This document shows positions 44,116-54,087 of a stretch of DNA of 64,000 nucleotides, one piece after another. Within the stretch, counting starts at the first letter, position 1; the number at the start of each line of letters is the position of its first letter. The stretch lies in the IMG/VR virus record IMGVR_UViG_3300035665_002234; one strand, given 5' to 3'. The position numbers were made by a program, and so were the translations under genes. Under the pieces are notes generated by a model. The model was not told the DNA's origin, did not search any database, and saw only the letters and a list, made by a program, of their open reading frames with translations. The DNA is from an uncultured virus (IMG/VR IMGVR_UViG_3300035665_002234) (Duplodnaviria > Heunggongvirae > Uroviricota > Caudoviricetes).

Positions 44116-44604
44116 TTAGTAAACTAAGATACAACGGTCCATTTGTAATGTAACGTCTAATCCTGCTAATTTGTCATCACTATATGATACACCATCCCAA
44201 GCAGATTTTGTAATCATACATTGTTCAAGAATCCATTTTTCCACAACAACACCTGTTGGGTCCAACATTTCAAGGTCAACATTCTTTTTATAACCCGCAG
44301 CATATCCCATACGACCTGTAACTGATTCAGCGTGTAAACGAACCCACTCCATAAGAGCTTGTGTTGCTGATGGACCAATTGGGTCACGGAATTTAACTGA
44401 GATTGGATTCCATTTGAATCTACCCGCTACATATGTAGAAGTGTTCAAAAATTGTATCTCAACAGGGTTAATATCAATACTTGGTCTTCCTGATGATTCT
44501 ACGAACCATTCATTAATACCTAAAGTTGTGTCAAACCTAAGTATAAATCGGTTCGCTCTTTTTGGTTCGTAAGGAACCGGCATTTTCATTAATAAATCAG
44601 CCAT
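44116..44604 (-). CDS. Tail tube protein (T4 gp19-like)
   Basis: EPKRANRF, YVAGRFKWNPISVKFRD, YKKNVDLEMLDPTG, EKWIL; near the sheath gene. Confidence 0.85.
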   Translation of the reverse strand: MADLLMKMPVPYEPKRANRFILRFDTTLGINEWFVESSGRPSIDINPVEIQFLNTSTYVAGRFKWNPISVKFRDPIGPSATQALMEWVRLHAESVTGRMGYAAGYKKNVDLEMLDPTGVVVEKWILEQCMITKSAWDGVSYSDDKLAGLDVTLQMDRCILVY

Positions 44605-44706
44605 GGTATATTCTTTTTAGTTTTTTTGTTTTAGTTTATTTATCTATAAATACTCGTTGTTTGAAAATTTTTGTATTTACTTTAATTTTTTAAAAATTAT
44701 CATCGT

Positions 44707-45543
44707 TTAGTATCTAGTTTTAGTTCCTCCAGCAGTAGAATAAGTCTTTAAAACTGGTTCATCTTCAAAATGCTTCTTCATTACTTCTACATTCTTTAAG
44801 TCATCATCTGAAAAACCAATACTAGGTACAAACTTATTTTTCACATCATCTTTAACATATAGTTTTTTACCCAATTCTTTAGCCTGTCCTTTTACATATG
44901 AAATAAATTCTTTCATTGCTTGAACTTTTAATTCCTCGGGGTTGGCGGCTCCTGCGTCTGTACCAAAACTAACGGGATAATATTTGTTCATATCCATATA
45001 GTCTTTTATTAATTCCACATCTGATTTGTCTTCCATATTTGAAAGGTCACGGAATTTTCTAAGATTCTTAATTAATAAATCTTTATTAATACCCATGTGG
45101 TCAGAAATAATCAAATTATAAATTGCGTCTTTAAGTGTCTCGGGGTTGTGTCCACGTGCGGTGATTATTGAAAAAATTGACCCATTGTTGATTGCTTCCA
45201 CAAAATCAGACCAAGCGGGACCTGGTTTACCTTTCATGGCATCAATTTTAAATTGTTTATCACCACCAGTTCTAAAATTACGAAAAGGTTCGTCAGCATA
45301 TCCAACTATTGTACTACCTTTGTAATCAAATGGTTCTACACCGATTTCACTTCTATATTCCGCAAAATCTTCTGTAGACATACCAACTTCATTATCATTT
45401 TCATCTTTAAGAATAATTTTTGTTGGCATCATCATGATATTATCGTCCCAATCAAAGGCGTAATATTTCATGTCAGGCGTACCAACATCATCAAAACCTT
45501 CAAGTAATGATGATGTTGGGTTTAGTATTTTTTTTCTAATCAT
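44707..45543 (-). CDS. HAD-superfamily phosphatase-like protein
   Basis: Motif I FDWDDNI, motif II IITARGH, motif III K, motif IV FSDDDLKN. Confidence 0.75.
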   Translation of the reverse strand: MIRKKILNPTSSLLEGFDDVGTPDMKYYAFDWDDNIMMMPTKIILKDENDNEVGMSTEDFAEYRSEIGVEPFDYKGSTIVGYADEPFRNFRTGGDKQFKIDAMKGKPGPAWSDFVEAINNGSIFSIITARGHNPETLKDAIYNLIISDHMGINKDLLIKNLRKFRDLSNMEDKSDVELIKDYMDMNKYYPVSFGTDAGAANPEELKVQAMKEFISYVKGQAKELGKKLYVKDDVKNKFVPSIGFSDDDLKNVEVMKKHFEDEPVLKTYSTAGGTKTRY

Positions 45544-45550
45544 TTAAATA

Positions 45551-48500
45551 TTAAATATTTTCAAATGATGCTCCTGTTGGAGTGATTAAGAATTCAATGT
45601 CAATGAATTCCAACGCTTTTGTTGGTTTCAAGTAAATCTTACCTGTCATAGTATTTCTATCTAAATCTTCAGGTGAATTACTTACAGTAACACGGAAATC
45701 ATATAAACCTCTGTCTCTTCTAATAGCATCCAAGATAGGGTTAACCGAATCCAAGAAGTCTTGTCTTACTTTAGCATCGTTTTGTTCAAACAACAATCTT
45801 ACCGCCACCGCTGAAATCAACTTACGAGCTTGTAATAACAATCTTCTTACGTTAATTCTGTTAAGTGCTGTGTCAGCAATTTGTAATGTTTTGTTACCCC
45901 AAATTACAGTTCCAACATCTGAGAAAGTTGCGATAGGGTTAATTCTACCTTGATACAAAGTATCTCTATCTTCTTGTGTAAGTTTCTTACGTGCTTTAAC
46001 AGCATTTACCAAACCTCTTGTGTAACCCGCAGTTGCGAACCATGGGAATGAAATGTTATCAGTCAACGCTAAGTTTCTACAAACTTCATTTGTTGGTGGT
46101 ATGTAAATTTGTGTGTTATTTACAGTATCTCTTACCAAAATCCATGGGTAATAAGTTGCTGTGTAGTTAGAATCAATTCCTGTATTATCTAAGTTATTAA
46201 CCGCTTCTGTTGGGTAGATGAAATCAGCTATATTTGTTACTGGTACAAACATTGCTGTATCAGGTGTTGTACAAATGTAGATTGAATCCGCTCTATCAAA
46301 TGTTACCATAGAAATTGAATCCTCAACCAAGTTTGAGTTATTAACATAATCAATACCAGGTGTTGCAAATACATTTATGTTAACCGCTTCAGGGTTTGCG
46401 AAAGTATTAATACCTAACAAGTATGCGTAGTAGTCAGTATTTGAGAAATCTGTAAAGTTACTGATAGCGATTGGTTTGAACGCTCCCCATCCAGTTGCGT
46501 TAGGGTATCTTGTGGTTGGACAAGCTCCCGCTTGGTATCCACTACCACCTAATATAAACCTATCTGTATTTGTTCTACTTTCGTTATAAATGTCCCAACC
46601 ATCGAATCCACCTTGTAATAGTAATGTGAATTTTCTTGCTTGAATTTGGAAGTATGGATTTGCAGGTGTTTCAGGGTCAGATTGGAATGAAGCCACACCA
46701 CAATCAAATGCTGGTGTTCCTGAAGTAGTACCATAAGCAATATTTACAACTGTCGCTCCTGAATCCATGTGGAATCCTTTAGTTACAGTATTCCAAGGTA
46801 ATGCATCACCTTCAACACATAAATCAAGAGGTTTTTGTTTACCTTTATATTCAAAGAATAATGGGTCATAACCAATTTGTGATGAAATACCCAAATAAGT
46901 ACTTCTTACTTTATCACCACCAGATACTGTTTTATTATCAAAACCTGTAAATGAGAATGGTGGGTTTGTAACAATACCAAATGGTGGGTTATAAATTACT
47001 TCACCTGGGAAGTTGTATGCCACTTTATAAACTGGGAATGGAGAAGTTGCCGAACCGTATGTTCTAATAACATATCCTTCAAAACCACAAGGTACACTTT
47101 CAGGATTTGCCTCAGTATTCATCTCCAACATAATGTACTTAGAATTTAATGAGTATTCACCATCACTAGTACCAACTTTAACACCAACATAGTTATTGTT
47201 TGTTGGGTCCATAGTACAATTTGTATATTTTTCTATAACAACAGGATTTGCGTCTGTATCAAAGAAATCACGAACCGCAATGTCAAAACTTAAGTTGTTA
47301 AATGAAATATTTTGGATTGAAATTTTAATTTGAGTGTTTGCGCTATTACCATCAGCAATTGAATAAAACTTAAACAATCTTTCAACTGTAGAACCATTAA
47401 GTTCAGATACAACCCACGGTGATTCAGGTGATTGGTATTGTTCCAAGTAGTTAGCAATTGTACCTGTAGTTACAGGGTTTCTTAAACCTGGTAAACTAAT
47501 TAACGATGAGTTAATACCTCTGATGTAACCTTTGTTATAACCATAAGTCAACATTGTTTGGAATTGTTCTTCAACAAACAATGGTGTTTCAACTCTATTT
47601 TTACCGAAGTTAGAAATACCAAATACTTTTGTAATATAATTTGTGTCGTTACTATTCATAGACGCAACAAACGAGAACGAAGCTGGTGTTTCAGCGTTGT
47701 CAGTATAACCTGAAATCGCAAATTGTGCGAATGGGTTTTGAGAAATTCCTGAATAAGAACCTGAATTATCTATAATAACATCAGTTGTTCCTGTAATTTG
47801 ATATTGTGGACCATGATAGTCTGATGTAAACAACGAAACACCTCTTGAACGGAAAGTCGCAACAACAACATCATTCCAACCTTCATATGCAGTACCTGAG
47901 TATGTATAAGTTTTACCTGTGACAGTACCTGAATAAGAACCCGAACCTAAACTAGTCATTGATGACACTACGTTATAGAAAGAATATCCTGTATAAGCAT
48001 CTGCTGTTGTAATATCAAAGTTTGCGTAATACCAAGTATCATCACTTGGTGATGTAAAGTCAGCATCTGAAACAGAAAGTCCTGATACATTATAAACGTT
48101 TGTCTGTGCAGTATATGGTGTTAATAACGAATTATAATCAGAATCTGCAACAGTTCCAAAAATGTAAGCAGAATCTCCTGAAGTAGTTCCTGAGTTATTA
48201 ATTATTGTTTGGATTTGATTATATAATTGTTCATTAATTGTTGATACACCACCATTATATTGTGTGTAAGTATTTCCTGTTTGGATTATAGATGGGAAAG
48301 TTGTTGAATATGTAATTGCAGTTCCACCTGTTGTTCCAGTAAAGTTAACCGTATATGTTGTACCTGTTGATACACTTAGACCCACAGTACTTCCGTCAAC
48401 ATTGGCAATTGTTGTGATTGACCAAGATGGACCCGCATCATAACCAGATAAACCCAATACCCTTGTTACAAACAATTGGTTAGATTGTTGAAGGTATGAT

Positions 48501-48745
48501 TTTGCTATATAAGCCAACTCATATTTTGGGATTTGAGTGTTTACAAATTTTTCGGGGATGGTTCCACCGAAATATGATTCAAAATCATTATAATTTGTAA
48601 TGAAGATTGGTTCGAAAGCCGGACCTGTTAATGTCTCCCCAACAAGACCAAGAGTGGTTACCCCCACACTTTGAGCTACGAAGCTAAGGTCTCTCTCTGA
48701 TGTGTATACACCAGGAGATACGAATACTTTATTTGATACTGCCAT
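45551..48745 (-). CDS. Contractile tail sheath protein (gp18-like)
   Basis: FVSPGVYTSERDLS N-terminus; YYPW, PWFATAGYTRG, INPIATF, IWGNKT, RINVRRLL, FEQND. Confidence 0.95.
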   Translation of the reverse strand: MAVSNKVFVSPGVYTSERDLSFVAQSVGVTTLGLVGETLTGPAFEPIFITNYNDFESYFGGTIPEKFVNTQIPKYELAYIAKSYLQQSNQLFVTRVLGLSGYDAGPSWSITTIANVDGSTVGLSVSTGTTYTVNFTGTTGGTAITYSTTFPSIIQTGNTYTQYNGGVSTINEQLYNQIQTIINNSGTTSGDSAYIFGTVADSDYNSLLTPYTAQTNVYNVSGLSVSDADFTSPSDDTWYYANFDITTADAYTGYSFYNVVSSMTSLGSGSYSGTVTGKTYTYSGTAYEGWNDVVVATFRSRGVSLFTSDYHGPQYQITGTTDVIIDNSGSYSGISQNPFAQFAISGYTDNAETPASFSFVASMNSNDTNYITKVFGISNFGKNRVETPLFVEEQFQTMLTYGYNKGYIRGINSSLISLPGLRNPVTTGTIANYLEQYQSPESPWVVSELNGSTVERLFKFYSIADGNSANTQIKISIQNISFNNLSFDIAVRDFFDTDANPVVIEKYTNCTMDPTNNNYVGVKVGTSDGEYSLNSKYIMLEMNTEANPESVPCGFEGYVIRTYGSATSPFPVYKVAYNFPGEVIYNPPFGIVTNPPFSFTGFDNKTVSGGDKVRSTYLGISSQIGYDPLFFEYKGKQKPLDLCVEGDALPWNTVTKGFHMDSGATVVNIAYGTTSGTPAFDCGVASFQSDPETPANPYFQIQARKFTLLLQGGFDGWDIYNESRTNTDRFILGGSGYQAGACPTTRYPNATGWGAFKPIAISNFTDFSNTDYYAYLLGINTFANPEAVNINVFATPGIDYVNNSNLVEDSISMVTFDRADSIYICTTPDTAMFVPVTNIADFIYPTEAVNNLDNTGIDSNYTATYYPWILVRDTVNNTQIYIPPTNEVCRNLALTDNISFPWFATAGYTRGLVNAVKARKKLTQEDRDTLYQGRINPIATFSDVGTVIWGNKTLQIADTALNRINVRRLLLQARKLISAVAVRLLFEQNDAKVRQDFLDSVNPILDAIRRDRGLYDFRVTVSNSPEDLDRNTMTGKIYLKPTKALEFIDIEFLITPTGASFENI

Positions 48746-48833
48746 TTTGTTTTAGTTATTCAGTTTTATTTATTTTATAGATAAATATTAACAGATTTAA
48801 GAAAAACTTTACTTTACGCCATCTATTTATAAT

Positions 48834-49022
48834 ATGGGCAGATTATTTTCTGCCTTTATTCTACCTATGGAAAAGAAAATAAAGAATTTGAAGATATCAA
48901 TAGAGTCACACGATATTTTAAAGAAATACTGTGAAAAACACGGTATTAAGATGTATAGATTTTTGGAAAATTTGATTAAAGAAAAATGTCAAACTAAAAA
49001 AGACATTTATGGTGAATCATGA
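48834..49022 (+). CDS. Small ribbon-helix-helix-like DNA-binding protein
   Basis: KNLKISIESHDILKKYCEKHGIKMYRFLENLIKE; the real start may be the second Met. Confidence 0.6.
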   Translation: MGRLFSAFILPMEKKIKNLKISIESHDILKKYCEKHGIKMYRFLENLIKEKCQTKKDIYGES

Positions 49023-50141
49023 GTGGGGGTTCCCATTTGGATTTGGTTGTGGTGGAACATCATAATTCACACCAAACAATTTGATTGCATAATTGAATGT
49101 AGAAGGTAATGTATCATCGGGTCTACTTGTCAAAACAAGTCTTAAAGTATCGTTGGTATTGACTTGTATTAATGAAACATCACTACCATAATAATCAAAA
49201 GTTACTTGTCCTTGTGGTTTTATATACACATCAAAATTGGTAACATTTATTTTTGTTAATAAATTAAAATCACCTGTATAATCAACCATTAAGTCAGTTT
49301 GTGTTGACCCACTCGGTATTGAAACACTCAAATTATATTCATCAATATTTTCGGGGTATTTTTTTCTTTTTGGTCTTGATGTTTGAGCAGATACTTCAAA
49401 AGTATTAAACACACGAGAAACCGCAGGTGCAACTTCAAACTCATCTTCATCCAATAAAAACCCTAACATTGTGAATTCATAGTTTTGGATGTAAAATCTT
49501 CTTCTTTGCACTTCAACAACCGACTCATCGGAAATTGTACCCATAATGATTGGGATATAATGACCATTGATTTGTCTATAGGCTTGTCTTGATGCAAAAG
49601 TTTGAATCACATTTTTGTTAAACTCATTTAACTCTCTCATTCTATTACAAACAATTTTAACATTGTAAGTAATATCAACAGGAACTGGTTGTGGAATTTT
49701 ATAAATGTCCAAACCTTTGATGTTTCCATTCCAAGATGGAACGGCAGCATAAAAATATTCTTTTCTATTTGGAATGTTGTAAATAATGGCGGGATTGCTT
49801 CCGTACTTAACTTCAGGTTGACGAACAACTGTAATAAACGGTAATGTTGGGTTACCATTCAAATCTTGAATATCCCAAGTTTCTGTAAATTGAGCCCAGT
49901 TTTGAGTGGTAATAATTAAATCAATCATTGGTATTATACTACCAGCAACAGTGGTTTGTAAATCTTCTTTTACAAAATCTAAAAATCCCCTATCTAATTC
50001 AGGATGCATTAACGACTTTGGTAAATAAGTTCCATCATACTTAATATCTTCAAGCAATTGTTCTCTACGAGCCAAAAGAATTTTTTCGGGCTTAAGATTG
50101 ATTGTCGGAATAATTTCCTTTCGTTTTCTTGGTAATGCCAT
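49017..50141 (-). CDS. Tail completion/neck protein (gp15-like)
   Basis: LPFITVVR, PQPVPVDITYNVKIVC motifs; lies between the adaptor and sheath genes. Confidence 0.6.
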   Translation of the reverse strand: MALPRKRKEIIPTINLKPEKILLARREQLLEDIKYDGTYLPKSLMHPELDRGFLDFVKEDLQTTVAGSIIPMIDLIITTQNWAQFTETWDIQDLNGNPTLPFITVVRQPEVKYGSNPAIIYNIPNRKEYFYAAVPSWNGNIKGLDIYKIPQPVPVDITYNVKIVCNRMRELNEFNKNVIQTFASRQAYRQINGHYIPIIMGTISDESVVEVQRRRFYIQNYEFTMLGFLLDEDEFEVAPAVSRVFNTFEVSAQTSRPKRKKYPENIDEYNLSVSIPSGSTQTDLMVDYTGDFNLLTKINVTNFDVYIKPQGQVTFDYYGSDVSLIQVNTNDTLRLVLTSRPDDTLPSTFNYAIKLFGVNYDVPPQPNPNGNPHS

Positions 50142-50656
50142 TATATACCTCTAAATTCGTTTTCACTAACAGGTGTTGCGGTATATGAATAATAAAATCC
50201 TTTATACCCACCATAAGTGTGTTTATTGTCATAATCAGGAATACCTGCGTCAATAACTGAATAATATCTAACTTCAGATTCTGTTATCCAATATCCTAAA
50301 TAATCACCCAACTCAATATTAACTTGTAAATCGGCAAGTTCTTTTTTGTAAACAGCGAATTTCAATAGACCTGGCTCGTTCTGAATAATTTTACTACTAC
50401 CTAAAAATTGTTCTGTGGCCTCTTCAATTCTAACATATGCGTTAATTGATACTGGTGCTAAAAATTGTATTCCGTCTTGTTGTACTTCACCATAAACATC
50501 ATCATTAACTGTTTTTGTCCTGTCAACTTTATATAATACAATGGTAAAATTCATATCACCACCAAGCCATTCACGACCCATAGAAATATCTAATTCAAAA
50601 TCTTCACCACCAAAGAATTTACCTAATCTTGTAATTGGAACGAGTTGTTGCGCCAT
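50141..50656 (-). CDS. Head-tail adaptor/neck protein (gp14-like)
   Basis: VLYKVD...DDVYGE...GD pattern; synteny. Confidence 0.55.
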   Translation of the reverse strand: MAQQLVPITRLGKFFGGEDFELDISMGREWLGGDMNFTIVLYKVDRTKTVNDDVYGEVQQDGIQFLAPVSINAYVRIEEATEQFLGSSKIIQNEPGLLKFAVYKKELADLQVNIELGDYLGYWITESEVRYYSVIDAGIPDYDNKHTYGGYKGFYYSYTATPVSENEFRGI

Positions 50657-50658
50657 AC

Positions 50659-50687
50659 TTGATAAATATACATAAATTGATTATCTT
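50659..50687 (+). promoter_or_regulatory. Sigma70-like promoter for the SNF2 helicase, overlapping a divergent TATTTAT motif
   Basis: TTGATA-N17-TATCTT, 8 nt before the TTG start. Confidence 0.5.
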
Positions 50688-50695
50688 TTGTTAGA

Positions 50696-52465
50696 TTGGA
50701 AAATACTGAAAACGCATATAATGTCTCTGTGTTAGAAAGAAAGGCTCTTGATTTATTAGAGACGTATCAGGGTGCCAATAATTATATCATACGTTTAAGA
50801 CAAAAACAGATTGATAACAAAAAGTTCTATCCAACCCGAGCCCAAGCAGAATACATTATAAATTATCACGAAATGGCTCCAAAAGTTGCCAAGAAGTGGG
50901 TTGAACTTGATTCATATTTTGCACAAAAAATTGCCAATGATAAATTACTTTCATCTGTTCCAACAAGAGTATATGTTGAAAAACTTTTGGTTGAAAAAGA
51001 TACCGCCTACCATATTTGGGGAAAATATTTTGATTCAGAACAAGTGTACGACTTTTGGATTCCAAAGGTTGCTTTGATAAAAGACAATAAAGTTAAGGAT
51101 GTGGTAATTGATTATGAAAAGTATTCTCACCGTCCACCACTTGAACACCAAAAAGAAGCTATTAAATCTTTGGTTGAAAATAAAAAGTTTATTCTTGCCG
51201 ATGATATGGGTTTGGGTAAAACAACTTCAACCATTATTGCCGCTTTGGAAACGGGAGCAAAGAAAGTATTAATTATTTGTCCAGCATCTTTGAAGATTAA
51301 CTGGCAACGTGAGATTGAAAACTATTCAAATAAACCAACATCAATCATTGAAGGTAAAAAATGGGAAGATGGTGATTTTATAATCATCAACTATGACATT
51401 ATTAAAAACTTTCACGATGAAAAAAAGAAATCAGATTCTGTTTTATTAAAAACAAAGTTTGATTTGGTGATTATTGATGAAGCACATTACATTCAAAACA
51501 AACAAGCACAAAGAACCAAGTTAATTAATGACTTTGTGTCCAATGTTGATAGACTTTGGTTGTTAACAGGTACACCAATCACTTCAAGACCAATCAATTA
51601 TTTTAATTTGTTAAACTTGATTGAATGTCCTGTAGCCAAGAATTGGATGGCATACGTCAAAAGGTATTGTAATGGTTTTCAATTCCAAGCAGGAAGAAGA
51701 AAAATTTGGAATGTTAGTGGAGCATCCAACTTAGAAGAGTTAAGAGACCGAACAGCACCTTTAGTTCTAAGAAGATTAAAAGAAAATGTCTTAGATTTAC
51801 CTGATAAAATTATCACACCCGTTTACTTAAGATTAAAATCAAAAGAATATGAAGCCCTAATGGGTGAATATTATGATTGGTACGATAAAAATGGTGAGTC
51901 CGATTCACTAACCCTTCAATTCACCAAACTTACAAAAGTAAGACAGGTGATTGCTGAAGAAAAAGTTGCGTCAACAATTGAAATCTGTGAAAACATTGTG
52001 GAACAAGGTAAGAAAGTGATTGTCTTTACTAACTTCACCAAAACTTTGGAGATGATATTGGAACATTTTGGAAAAAAGGCGGTTAGACTTGATGGTCAAA
52101 TGTCACAAAAAGAAAGACAAATGTCTGTTGACCGTTTTCAAAACGAAGAAGATGTTATGGTGTTTGTCGGAAATATAAAAGCCGCAGGTGTTGGTATTAC
52201 ATTAACAGCTGGTGAAGCCGTTGTTATGAATGATTTATCGTTTTTACCATCCGACCACTCCCAAGCAGAAGATAGAAGTTACCGTTATGGACAAAAAAAT
52301 AATGTGTTAGTTTATTACCCAATTTTTGACAATACTGTGGAGGGAATCATCTATGACATACTCAAAAAGAAGAAAGACATCTTTGAAACCGTGATGGGTG
52401 ATAAGGTAGACAACGGTGATTATGTTCAAGAAATTTTGGAACTTATAAATAATTGGAGGCGATAA
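50696..52465 (+). CDS. SNF2/HARP-like SF2 helicase
   Basis: LADDMGLGKT, ICPAS, DEAH, LTGTP, QAEDRSYRYGQ. Confidence 0.92.
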   Translation: MENTENAYNVSVLERKALDLLETYQGANNYIIRLRQKQIDNKKFYPTRAQAEYIINYHEMAPKVAKKWVELDSYFAQKIANDKLLSSVPTRVYVEKLLVEKDTAYHIWGKYFDSEQVYDFWIPKVALIKDNKVKDVVIDYEKYSHRPPLEHQKEAIKSLVENKKFILADDMGLGKTTSTIIAALETGAKKVLIICPASLKINWQREIENYSNKPTSIIEGKKWEDGDFIIINYDIIKNFHDEKKKSDSVLLKTKFDLVIIDEAHYIQNKQAQRTKLINDFVSNVDRLWLLTGTPITSRPINYFNLLNLIECPVAKNWMAYVKRYCNGFQFQAGRRKIWNVSGASNLEELRDRTAPLVLRRLKENVLDLPDKIITPVYLRLKSKEYEALMGEYYDWYDKNGESDSLTLQFTKLTKVRQVIAEEKVASTIEICENIVEQGKKVIVFTNFTKTLEMILEHFGKKAVRLDGQMSQKERQMSVDRFQNEEDVMVFVGNIKAAGVGITLTAGEAVVMNDLSFLPSDHSQAEDRSYRYGQKNNVLVYYPIFDNTVEGIIYDILKKKKDIFETVMGDKVDNGDYVQEILELINNWRR

Positions 52466-52472
52466 TCAAACT

Positions 52473-52511
52473 TCGGCTTATTTATAATCAATAAACATTA
52501 ATAAAAGCCGA
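52473..52511 (+). promoter_or_regulatory. Hairpin covering the translation initiation region of the SOD fusion, with TATTTAT inside the 5' arm
   Basis: TCGGCTT(AT)TTAT-AAT...ATT(A)-ATAA-AAGCCGA ends 4 nt before ATG 52516. Confidence 0.6.
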
Positions 52512-52515
52512 CCTT

Positions 52516-54060
52516 ATGAAGAATCTTAAAAATAGGATTGAAGTAATTGAAGAAGATTTACAAAAAAAAGAAATTAAAAGACAACAAGAACAAAAAGTAC
52601 GAAAAGTTGTCACAGAAGCCAAAAACATTAAGATAGAAAGATTACCCTATTCTTATTCAGCACTAAAACAATTTATTGACCCAGAAACCATGAGTGTTCA
52701 TTACAACAAACACTACAAAGGTTATGTTGATAAATTAAATGGAGCATTAAAAGATGATGAAGATTTAACTTTAGAAGAAATTGTTAAAACAATTGACAGT
52801 TTCAACAAGTTCATCAGAAATAATGCGGGTGGGGCTTACAACCACCAATTGTTTTGGAAAATGTTAACTCCAAAAACAACAAAACCAGGTCCGATAACAC
52901 TCAAAAAAATTAATCAAAGTTTTTCATCTTTATCTGACTTTAAAAAGAAATTTGATGGTCAAGCAAAAGATAGATTTGGTTCAGGTTGGTGTTGGTTAGT
53001 TCTTACAAAACGAGGAACATTAAAGATTATGACAACCGCCAACCAAGACAATCCACTTATGGATGTTGTTGACCAAGGCGGATATCCAATTTTAGGGTTA
53101 GATGTTTGGGAACACGCATATTATCTAAGATATAGAAATAGAAGAGATGAATATATTAAAAACTTTTGGAAAGTTGTGAATTGGGATTATGTAGAATCTG
53201 AACTTTCAAGAAAGTTAGACAAAACGGTAAAAGAATCTACAACCGCAAAAGAATTTTTAACTGAAGCCGTTAAGAGTGAACCTTGTTCTACTCAAGACAA
53301 AATGGCCTCAAAATTATTATTTAATACAAACCGTGATGTTCTTAATCTATACAAAAATGCAATAATGCAAATTTTAAAAGAAACATTTGCTGACAGATTT
53401 TACAACAAAGATGAATATGCTAAAGGACAAATGTCGGGTGTGTATGATTTGGAAGGTGAAGGTAGGTCTGTTATCAATTATTTGAATACAAATTACAGTG
53501 CGTTTTGTGTCTTGAAAAAAGATTTAAACAAATATCTTACAAAAATAGGTGAAGAACCAATTATTTTTTCAGATAAAACACAAAGAGAACAAGTCAATGA
53601 AATGGCAAGAATGTTAAAAACATTAAACAAAGTTAAGTTTAGAGTTTTTTCATTAGAGTCAGAAACATTTAAAACAATTATGAGTGTGATGGGGGTAACT
53701 TCAGACAAAGGTAATAAAACTGAAGATGCTGTTGTTGAAAAACTTAAAAAACAATTTGGTGATGAAAACGTAACTCGTATTGGTGAACTTGGAAACAAAG
53801 AAGATATGATGACGGGTGTGGATGTTAAGATTATGGTTGATGGTGTTGAAAAAACTGCACAGGTAAAACCATTCAGTCATATAACAAGAAGTGAAGACAT
53901 GTATAAAGTTGATGGTACCGCAAATGTTAAAAGATATCAAACAAATTGGATGATTTTTATGAAACGTTTGGATGACATGGTAATCTTTGATAACTCAAAC
54001 ACAAAAATTATTGATGGTGTTTATTATTTCCCAATTGATGCCAAGTTGTATCAATTGTAA
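52516..54060 (+). CDS. Fe/Mn superoxide dismutase fused to a C-terminal PD-(D/E)xK-like domain
   Basis: LPYSYSAL, HYNKHY, NNAGGAYNH, FGSGW, NQDNP, DVWEHAYY; C-terminal GxxxE...D..GVD...QVK. Confidence 0.85.
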   Translation: MKNLKNRIEVIEEDLQKKEIKRQQEQKVRKVVTEAKNIKIERLPYSYSALKQFIDPETMSVHYNKHYKGYVDKLNGALKDDEDLTLEEIVKTIDSFNKFIRNNAGGAYNHQLFWKMLTPKTTKPGPITLKKINQSFSSLSDFKKKFDGQAKDRFGSGWCWLVLTKRGTLKIMTTANQDNPLMDVVDQGGYPILGLDVWEHAYYLRYRNRRDEYIKNFWKVVNWDYVESELSRKLDKTVKESTTAKEFLTEAVKSEPCSTQDKMASKLLFNTNRDVLNLYKNAIMQILKETFADRFYNKDEYAKGQMSGVYDLEGEGRSVINYLNTNYSAFCVLKKDLNKYLTKIGEEPIIFSDKTQREQVNEMARMLKTLNKVKFRVFSLESETFKTIMSVMGVTSDKGNKTEDAVVEKLKKQFGDENVTRIGELGNKEDMMTGVDVKIMVDGVEKTAQVKPFSHITRSEDMYKVDGTANVKRYQTNWMIFMKRLDDMVIFDNSNTKIIDGVYYFPIDAKLYQL

Positions 54061-54087
54061 TAACTTGATATTTATATATAAAAGACT

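Noticed and set aside
36386..48745. Bacterial contractile injection system (eCIS or tailocin) rather than a phage
   Set aside because: Co-located phage replication genes and neck proteins indicate a complete lytic phage.
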